Of a stretch of DNA of 64,000 nucleotides, positions 56,932 through 64,000 are shown one piece after another. The stretch comes from Polyangiales bacterium (lineage in GTDB: Bacteria; Myxococcota_A; Polyangia; Polyangiales; Polyangiaceae). The stretch lies in assembly GCA_038230375.1 (NCBI GenBank), contig JBBRNJ010000004.1, forward strand, positions 96,001-160,000, given 5' to 3'. The notes under the pieces are model-generated. The model searched no databases and was not told the DNA's origin. It saw nothing but the letters and a program-made list of their open reading frames with translations. Position numbers and translations under genes: made by a program. Position 1 is the stretch's first letter. Each line of letters starts with the position of its first letter.

Positions 56932-59067
56932 CTACCGCAGCCACCCCCGGACCAGCTGCTCGCGAAACACGACCGGATCCGCGGTGGGCCCCAGGCAGAC
57001 GCTGCGGTCACACACGAACGCCCGCGCCGCTCCCCGCCCCTTCGTCTTCCCATCGAGGCCCGGCAACACCGCCGCAAGCGCCGCGGGCGCGCCCTCCCCT
57101 GCCACGCGGATCTGATTCCCCCACGCGGGCAGTGTCCGCCCATACGCTGTGAGCAGCGGCGCAGCATCTGCCGGCGCACCCGCGATGACGACCTGGTACA
57201 CGGGGCCCGCATCCAGCAGCGCAACGTCCAACCACGCCGCCGCGCCGAGCTTCACCGCGCGCAGCGTGTTTCCGTACTTCTCGAACGCGTGCTCCAGCGA
57301 CACGTGCAACCCGTCCTTCGCGCCGAGCGTCTGTCGCCGAAGCAGCGCGCCGAGCAGCGCCGCGGTGCCCGATGGCTCCACGCCGTCGTCGGTCTTGATT
57401 GTCTTCGCGAGGTCCCCACGTCCTTCGTAGAAACCGCCATCGGCGGCCTCGAGCGGCTTCGCCTCCAGGAGGAGCTGGTCCGCGCGCGTGAGCCACTTCT
57501 GGTCCGAGGTCGCGGAGAAGAGGGCCAGATAGCCCGTCGCGAGATCGCCGTAGTCCGCCGCATACGCATCATTGCCGGTGGCTGTGCGCGTGAGCGTGCC
57601 GCGCTTCTCGTGGTGCGAGGCCCAGAGCGCATCTCCCACGGCGATCGCCGTGTCTCGGTAGCTCGTGTTCGCCGTGGCCGCAAACCCCGTGCAGAATGCA
57701 ACTATCGCGAGCCCGTTCCACGACGCCACGATCTTGTCGTCGCGCTGGGCCAGCCGTGCACGCGCAGAGTGGAGCCGCGGGCGCGCGCTTGCCCAGAGCG
57801 TGGTGAGCTCCGCCTCCGAGCGGCCTGTCTCGCGCGCGACCGCAGCCATGCTCTTCCACCGTGACGGCGCCACCTTCGTGGACCCCACGCCGAGCAGCGT
57901 CGCGATCGCCACGGCATCCGGACCCAGGATGTTCCCGAGCTCGGTGAAGGACCACCGCCACGCGACGCCCTCCTCACCTTTTGTGTCCGCGTCGAAGCTG
58001 GCGGCGAACCCGCTGCCTGGCACGCGCATGTCGTCCTCGAGGAACGCAAGCGTCTCCTTGCCGATGTCCGTGTACGTGGGCTCCGACAGCGCAACCGCCG
58101 CCTCGAAGTAGAGCGTTGCAAGCTGCGCCACGTCGTAGAGCATGATCTCGTAGTGAGGAACGGCCCACGCGGGATCGGTGGTGTAGCGGTGAAACCCGTA
58201 GGAGATGGGATCGCGAATCGCGCCCTTCGAGATCGCGCCGAGCGTCACACGAAGCGCGGATGCGAGCTCGGGAAGCTCCCATTTGCGCGTGGCGTGCAAG
58301 AGGAACGACAGGCGCGGCGGCATCGGAAACTTCACGTTGCCCTTGTTGCCTCCGCGCGCCAGGTCCATCTCCTCCGTGGCGCCGGTGGCGAGCGCCTTGA
58401 GCTCGTCCACCCCCATCGAGGTGCCCTTCGCGAGCAGGCCGTCACCCAGGACGTCCTTGATCGGCAGGATGGTGAGCGCGCCGCCTTCGTGATCCTTCCA
58501 GAGCGCGGACGCGCGCAACGCGGTGTCGACGAAGCGTGCATATTGCATGTATGTCGCACCGAAGAACGGATCCTTGCCCGGCGTGAGGAACAGCGTGGCG
58601 GGCCATCCGGGCGAGCCCGTGAACCGCGAGAGCGCCGCCATGTACGTGGTATCCAGGTCGGGCCGCTCCTCGCGGTCCACCTTGATCGAGATGAATCGCT
58701 CGTTCAGCACGCGCGCAGCGTCGTCCTTCGAGAACACCTCGTCGTGCATGACGTGGCAGAAGTGGCAGGCCGAGTAGCCAATGGAGAGAAAAATAGGCTT
58801 GTCCTGGGCCACGGCGGCGGCGAGCGCCTCTTCCCCCCACGGATACCAGTCGACGGGGTCGTGGGCGTGCTCCCGCAGGTACTGGGACGCCGCGTCCTTG
58901 AGGTGATTGCCCTCGCGACGGATCGCTTCCGGCTCGCGCGGGGCGGGCGTGGGGGCCGTGACCGCGGGCTGCGTGGAGGGCGAGGCCCTGCGCGCGTCGT
59001 CCTTCGTGCACGACGCGCAAACGGAGGCGAGAAGGAGCAGCGAGATGACCCTGAGCCCGCGTGGCAT
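56932..59067 (-). CDS. Thioredoxin-domain protein, YyaL/DUF255 (SPATA20-like), with lipoprotein signal
   Basis: YLREHAHDPVDWYPW, GYSACHFCHVM, KVDREERPDLD, GWP and DDKIVASWNGL motifs. Confidence 0.92.
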   Translation of the reverse strand: MPRGLRVISLLLLASVCASCTKDDARRASPSTQPAVTAPTPAPREPEAIRREGNHLKDAASQYLREHAHDPVDWYPWGEEALAAAVAQDKPIFLSIGYSACHFCHVMHDEVFSKDDAARVLNERFISIKVDREERPDLDTTYMAALSRFTGSPGWPATLFLTPGKDPFFGATYMQYARFVDTALRASALWKDHEGGALTILPIKDVLGDGLLAKGTSMGVDELKALATGATEEMDLARGGNKGNVKFPMPPRLSFLLHATRKWELPELASALRVTLGAISKGAIRDPISYGFHRYTTDPAWAVPHYEIMLYDVAQLATLYFEAAVALSEPTYTDIGKETLAFLEDDMRVPGSGFAASFDADTKGEEGVAWRWSFTELGNILGPDAVAIATLLGVGSTKVAPSRWKSMAAVARETGRSEAELTTLWASARPRLHSARARLAQRDDKIVASWNGLAIVAFCTGFAATANTSYRDTAIAVGDALWASHHEKRGTLTRTATGNDAYAADYGDLATGYLALFSATSDQKWLTRADQLLLEAKPLEAADGGFYEGRGDLAKTIKTDDGVEPSGTAALLGALLRRQTLGAKDGLHVSLEHAFEKYGNTLRAVKLGAAAWLDVALLDAGPVYQVVIAGAPADAAPLLTAYGRTLPAWGNQIRVAGEGAPAALAAVLPGLDGKTKGRGAARAFVCDRSVCLGPTADPVVFREQLVRGWLR

Positions 59068-59112
59068 TTCGCTCCCGACGGTACCAGAGTCCTTGCGCGT
59101 GCGCCGTGCGCG

Positions 59113-60696
59113 CTACTTCTTCAGCTCGTCGGTCACCAGCTGGATCTCTGCGGGAGAGAGCGAACGGAAGCGCGGGGGCGGCATCTTCCGGAACACGTCG
59201 GTCGGGAGCGATAGGCGATGGATCGCGAGGTCCTTCTCCTCACGGGTCATGTTCGCAAGGTCGTCGACGCGGAACTTCTCGCGCGTCTCGGACTGGTCAA
59301 GGTTCTTGTTGTGGCACTGCTGGCACTGCTGCACGAGGATCTGCGCGCCGGTGAGGCCAGCCGCTGGACGGAAGGACATGTCCGAAGCTGCCGAGTCCAG
59401 GAAGATGTCGCGGATGTCCATCATCTGCGCGGCGGGCGTGGAGCCCGCCATGACGGCCTTGTAGTTCGCGGCCGCGGCGGACAGCTTGGTCGGGTCGGTG
59501 ACCTTGATGTCGTGGTACGGCGGCGGGATGTCGGACGCCGCCATGGACGCCTGATAGAGCTTGAGCCAGGTCGGCGAAGTTCCCATGGGCAGGTTGCTGG
59601 CCGGTTGGTTCGCGTTGACCTTCTGGACCTCGCTGAGGATCGTCTGCGTCGTGTACTCGTTGGGCTGGTTCTTGAAGCCCATGTTCTCGACAAGGCCTTC
59701 GAGCTGCGCGGGATCGGAGTTCGTGATCGCCGCGCCCGGGATGCCTGCGTACGCCTCGGTCGTGGGATGCGCCGTCGCGTAGTCGGCGAGCAGCACCTGG
59801 CCGTTCGTGCGGTTGTTCCGGAAGAAGTGACCCCACGGGTTCTGGAGCTCCTGCATGCGGAGGATCTTCTGCGTGCTGGGGCCGCCTGTCTGGTGGCACT
59901 GCTGGCAGTCCAGGACGGTGTTCTTGATGTCGTTCTCGCTGTAGAGCGAGTACACGCCCGTGAAGTTCGTCTCCACGGACGGCGTGAGCACATCCGCGTT
60001 CGTGCAGCCCTGCGGCGTCGTGTCGCACGCATGCTCGAACTTGAAGATGAAGAAGTTGAGGGCGTTGCCGTTCGTGGGATCGTTCGAGACGAGCTCCACG
60101 AACTGCTCACCGCGCACGAAGCCCATGGCCACGAAGCTCGCGAGCGCCTTCGGGTTGTTGACGCGCCCGGTGGACGGCGGCGGCGTGAAGATGATCGCGC
60201 GCGGGTTGATCGCGGTGACGAACTTGGTGACGAGCGACGACGAGTGTCCGGAGAGGACGAACCCGGGATTGCCGCCAGTGCCGTTGTTGTTGTTGCCGGA
60301 CTTGAAGTCCAGGCCGAGGAGCTTCTGGAGATCGACGAGGCTCTTGATCGCGGGCGGTGTGGCCGGCGTGCAGAACGCCTTCGACACGGCATCGCCAAGC
60401 TTGCGCGCGCAGAGGCTCGCGAGCTGCGTTTGCCCCTGCGGCAAGAAGAAGAGCGGATCCTTCACGGTGTCCAGGTTCAGGCCGCCGTCGCCGCCAGCGT
60501 CGGCGTTGCCGTTGCTGTTGTCGCCACCGCCTGGGTGGTTGCCACCGCCGTTCGTGGGAGTGCCTCCGTCATCGGTGCCGTTCGCCTGGTCGGCGTTCGC
60601 GCCGGGATCGCTGCCGACGCCACCGTCGCTGGAGCACGCCGCGATGGCGGCCGCTCCCACGATCGCCAAGAACCCAAGGACCTTTTTCCCAACCAT
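59113..60696 (-). CDS. Diheme c-type cytochrome lipoprotein
   Basis: Lipobox AIAAC; two CQQCH motifs; C-terminal KMPP (possible Met ligand). Confidence 0.75.
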   Translation of the reverse strand: MVGKKVLGFLAIVGAAAIAACSSDGGVGSDPGANADQANGTDDGGTPTNGGGNHPGGGDNSNGNADAGGDGGLNLDTVKDPLFFLPQGQTQLASLCARKLGDAVSKAFCTPATPPAIKSLVDLQKLLGLDFKSGNNNNGTGGNPGFVLSGHSSSLVTKFVTAINPRAIIFTPPPSTGRVNNPKALASFVAMGFVRGEQFVELVSNDPTNGNALNFFIFKFEHACDTTPQGCTNADVLTPSVETNFTGVYSLYSENDIKNTVLDCQQCHQTGGPSTQKILRMQELQNPWGHFFRNNRTNGQVLLADYATAHPTTEAYAGIPGAAITNSDPAQLEGLVENMGFKNQPNEYTTQTILSEVQKVNANQPASNLPMGTSPTWLKLYQASMAASDIPPPYHDIKVTDPTKLSAAAANYKAVMAGSTPAAQMMDIRDIFLDSAASDMSFRPAAGLTGAQILVQQCQQCHNKNLDQSETREKFRVDDLANMTREEKDLAIHRLSLPTDVFRKMPPPRFRSLSPAEIQLVTDELKK

Positions 60697-60886
60697 GATC
60701 GTCTGCTCTGCAAGCCCTCGGCCAGCGGTTGGCCCGCTCCGCGGACCGGAATTGAACCAAATTCAACGGCTGCGACACCGCACCCACGGGTAGATGGAGA
60801 GCAGGGATGGTTCACGGATGCCTCTGGGACGGGGTGGGATGTCGCGCGTGGGCGACAGCTGCCAACTGATCTATCGTGGAGCCACC

Positions 60887-63800
60887 ATGCGCGCCCACAT
60901 CGTATTTCCTGCGTTGCTCGTCTCGCTCGGCATTGGCGGATGCAAGGACGATCCGAAGCCGAACCCCACGCCCGCGTCGCAGCCGTCGCTCTCCGCGTCC
61001 AGCGTGCCCGCACCGACAATGGACACGCGCTTCCTGGACGACGCAGCGAAGCGCGTGCTCGTGGAGATCGCGACGCTGGAGACAACGAAGGACGTGACGT
61101 GCTGGACCAGCTTCCGTCAGCTCGACTCGTTCATCTCGTCGGGCCAGTACTCGAACTTCGCGGTGCTCGCGAAGATCACCGCGGTGAAGGCGCTCTTGCG
61201 CGCAGCGTGGGAGAAGGCGTCGAACGGCACCAAGGCAGCGGAGCTCGGGCCGGACGACTTCAAGATCGCGACCGACGTCACGCTGGACCCCACGAAGAAA
61301 GACAAGCTCGCGTCGTTCGCGACGGACCTGGGCATGAAGGCGTACAAGGACTACCGCACCACCAGCGAGCACTGGCGCGTGGTGCTGTCGGTCATCTCGG
61401 ACGAGATCGCGACGTCTGGCAAGGGAACCAACCTGCGGCCGATCGGGAAGGACGGCCTGCCGGCGTTCGCGGAGCTTGCAACGCGGCTCTCGCTCGCGGT
61501 GCTGCAGGCGTCGGGGGAGCTCGCGCGTGACGAGCGCTCTCCTCTGATCGAAGGCACGCACGTGAAGCGCGCGCACGCCGACCTCTCGAAGAAGCTCGGT
61601 CTCGTGAACGCCGAGCGAACGCCCGCGCCCTTGCCAGAGGTCGATATCGTCGCGCGCCTTTCACCGCTCACGAAGACGCTCGTCGACGGAAAGATCACCG
61701 CGCTGCAGACGTTCAACAAGGACTCGAAGGACCTGGTCACCGATCTGAACCGGGTCACACCGAAGATGCCCGTGACCAAGGAGGCGCTCGACGTGTGGAC
61801 GAAGGACCTCCAGTCGTTCACGCACTTCGTCGCCGGCGGGTACGAGCCCATGCAGGCAGACAACTTCCTGGCCGACGGCAACTTCGCGCCGAAGGACCAG
61901 CCGCGCCAGGCGTACGTGGACGCGGCGCGCGCGGAGAACATCACGCTGCAGCTCTTCCCGCACGTGATCATGCCGAACGGCGATGTGAAGGTGCGGTTCG
62001 AGCCGAACCCGGGCGCTCCTGCCGACAAGCCGCGGAAGGCCTACGACGAGCTGATGCTCGACTACCAGCAGAACGCAGTGCGCGACACCGCATGGCACTG
62101 GCTCCTGATGCAGAACGTCTGGAAGGAGCGCGCGTTCGCGATGGATCCGTTCGCCTCGGAGTACGTGAGCGAGATCCTCTCCGTGATGATCACGCACTAC
62201 CTGGTGCGCGGCGCCGAGCTCGCGAAGGCCGCAAACAAGAAGACGATCGATGCGGACATCGCGAAGAAGGTGCGCGACCGCGACTACGTGATGGTGATGC
62301 CGCGGAGCGACGAGTCCAAGGCGTGGACCCCGGAGCAGTGGAAGAAGAAGGACGCCGTCCTCGCCGCATATCCGAAGACGCTTTTCACAGACGTCAGCGC
62401 GAAATCGGGCCTTCCCACCGTGGCCCCGAAGGTCCCGGAGAAGGCGACAGGATTCGACATCCAGGAGGCGATGGGCTCTGGCATCGCGGTGGGGGACGTG
62501 AACGCGGACGGTTATCCGGATCTCTTCGTCGCAGGCGAAGGCATGGGCCGGCTCTACTTGAACAAGGGCAAGGACGCGCCCGGCACGTTCACCGACGCGA
62601 CCGCTGCGTGGAAGGTTCCCGAGGGGCTCGACGACTCGCACGGCGCGCTCTTCGCCGATCTGGACGGCGACGGCGCCGTGGATCTCCTGGTCGTACGCAG
62701 CGAGCATCCGTCGCTGCTGCTCAGGCAGGAGAACGGCGCGTTCACGGACACGGCCGGCAAGAGCGGCCTTGCCACGCACAACGGCGCGCACGTCGCGCAG
62801 GCATTCGACTACGACAAGGACGGCGACCTGGATATCTACGTCGCGTACTACGGCTCGGACGTTGCGAACCAGAAGCACGGCAAGAATCAGCCGAGCATGG
62901 ACGGCAAGAACGGCAGCCCGCACCAGCTCGTCCAGCGCGGCGCAGACGGCCGGTACACGGAGGTGGGCGCGAAGGCCGGCGTGGCGGATGTGGGCTGGAC
63001 GCTCGCCACCACCGCGTTCGACTACGACAACGACGGCGATCAGGATCTCTTCCTGGCAAACGACTTCGGCGCGGACACGTTCTACCAGAACAACGGCGAC
63101 GGCACGTTCACCGACGTGTCAAAGGCCACGGACACCGCCGACCGCGGCAGCGGCATGAACGCCAGCATCACGGACGTGAACGGCGACGGCTTCTTCGATC
63201 TCTATGTGTCCAACATCGACATGTTCTCGAAGAACATCAAGGTCATCTTTCCCACGGACGAGAGCACGATCACGAACATCGATCAGAAGCTGCAGCAGTC
63301 CTTCCAGTACCTGTCCGGCAACAAGCTCTTCGTGAACCCGGCCGACCCGAAGGGCAAGAAGCCGTGGAAGGCGGAGCAGGGCGCGCGCTTCGAGCCGGGT
63401 GATCGCGGCTGGGGCTGGGCGTCCATCTTCTTCGACTACGAGAACGACGGCGACGAGGACATGTACCTCTCCACCGGCTGGCTCGAGACCAGCTTCGCGT
63501 CGAACCAGAAGAAGCAGATGTTCATCGCGGACGACGGGACGTTCTACCTGGCGCCGCAGACATCACCGGAGGCGTTCGCGTCGAACGGCCGAGCCGCGGT
63601 CGCGGTGGACATCGATCGCGATGGCGATCAGGATCTCGTGCTCGCCAATTTCCGACAGCCGCCAAGCGTGTTCATGAACACGCAGGCCACGAAGAACCAC
63701 TGGGCGGGATTGCGGCTGCGAGGCAACGGCGCGAACACGAGGGCCGTGGGAGCGCGCGTCACGGTGACGGCGGGTGGGAAGAAGAAGATGCGGGAGCTGT

Positions 63801-63958
63801 CTGCGGGCAACGGCTACCTGGGGCAGATGGACGACGTGATCTACCTGGGCACCGGCGCGGACGCCGTGACGAGCGCGGTGGTGAAGTGGCCGGGAGGAGC
63901 GGAAGAGACCATCACGATCAAGGCGGATGCGATCACGGACGTCACGCAGAAGAAGTAG
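60887..63958 (+). CDS. CRTAC1-like lipoprotein (FG-GAP repeats plus ASPIC/UnbV) with a large helical N-terminal domain
   Basis: Lipobox GIGGC; at least 7 DxDxDGxxDL repeats; C-terminal NTRAVGARVTV...GYLGQ...WPGG. Confidence 0.88.
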   Translation: MRAHIVFPALLVSLGIGGCKDDPKPNPTPASQPSLSASSVPAPTMDTRFLDDAAKRVLVEIATLETTKDVTCWTSFRQLDSFISSGQYSNFAVLAKITAVKALLRAAWEKASNGTKAAELGPDDFKIATDVTLDPTKKDKLASFATDLGMKAYKDYRTTSEHWRVVLSVISDEIATSGKGTNLRPIGKDGLPAFAELATRLSLAVLQASGELARDERSPLIEGTHVKRAHADLSKKLGLVNAERTPAPLPEVDIVARLSPLTKTLVDGKITALQTFNKDSKDLVTDLNRVTPKMPVTKEALDVWTKDLQSFTHFVAGGYEPMQADNFLADGNFAPKDQPRQAYVDAARAENITLQLFPHVIMPNGDVKVRFEPNPGAPADKPRKAYDELMLDYQQNAVRDTAWHWLLMQNVWKERAFAMDPFASEYVSEILSVMITHYLVRGAELAKAANKKTIDADIAKKVRDRDYVMVMPRSDESKAWTPEQWKKKDAVLAAYPKTLFTDVSAKSGLPTVAPKVPEKATGFDIQEAMGSGIAVGDVNADGYPDLFVAGEGMGRLYLNKGKDAPGTFTDATAAWKVPEGLDDSHGALFADLDGDGAVDLLVVRSEHPSLLLRQENGAFTDTAGKSGLATHNGAHVAQAFDYDKDGDLDIYVAYYGSDVANQKHGKNQPSMDGKNGSPHQLVQRGADGRYTEVGAKAGVADVGWTLATTAFDYDNDGDQDLFLANDFGADTFYQNNGDGTFTDVSKATDTADRGSGMNASITDVNGDGFFDLYVSNIDMFSKNIKVIFPTDESTITNIDQKLQQSFQYLSGNKLFVNPADPKGKKPWKAEQGARFEPGDRGWGWASIFFDYENDGDEDMYLSTGWLETSFASNQKKQMFIADDGTFYLAPQTSPEAFASNGRAAVAVDIDRDGDQDLVLANFRQPPSVFMNTQATKNHWAGLRLRGNGANTRAVGARVTVTAGGKKKMRELSAGNGYLGQMDDVIYLGTGADAVTSAVVKWPGGAEETITIKADAITDVTQKK

Positions 63959-64000
63959 GACGAAGCTCAGTGGACGCCGGGGCCCATGACTGTGGGGCAG

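Noticed and set aside
60887..63958. Enediyne cluster, suggested by the UnbV-like domain
   Set aside because: No enediyne PKS or associated cassette in the window; ASPIC/UnbV domains are widespread.

Overview
This is a high-GC bacterial window with many lipoproteins carrying DAG/DGG-rich linkers, which suggests Myxococcota (Polyangiales/Labilithrix-like; inference). The dominant feature is a compact biosynthetic cluster. It has a 5-module NRPS (truncated C-A-T-[C-A-T]x4-R) ending in a reductase domain, with no TE and no E domains, transcribed divergently from an MFS exporter and an Sfp-type PPTase. Manually read A-domain pockets alternate acidic/hydrophobic/acidic/hydrophobic/acidic, suggesting a cationic pentapeptide aldehyde or alcohol. 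Other items of note: (1) an exported FG-GAP/ASPIC-UnbV lipoprotein whose N-terminal half has several histone-fold-like segments; (2) a unit of stand-alone HisKA/DHp protein, fliW and a degenerate REC-GGDEF-HDOD protein with no flagellar genes nearby; (3) a small lipoprotein ending in a knottin-like cysteine motif; (4) a Tat/lipoprotein class A beta-lactamase; (5) lvaAB-like and lvaC-like genes 12.5 kb apart; (6) a ChdC/Cld-family protein; (7) a diheme cytochrome c lipoprotein; (8) several gene remnants and microsatellites. I recognised no rRNA, tRNA, CRISPR array or mobile element. All calls are from motif reading by eye; no searches were run.
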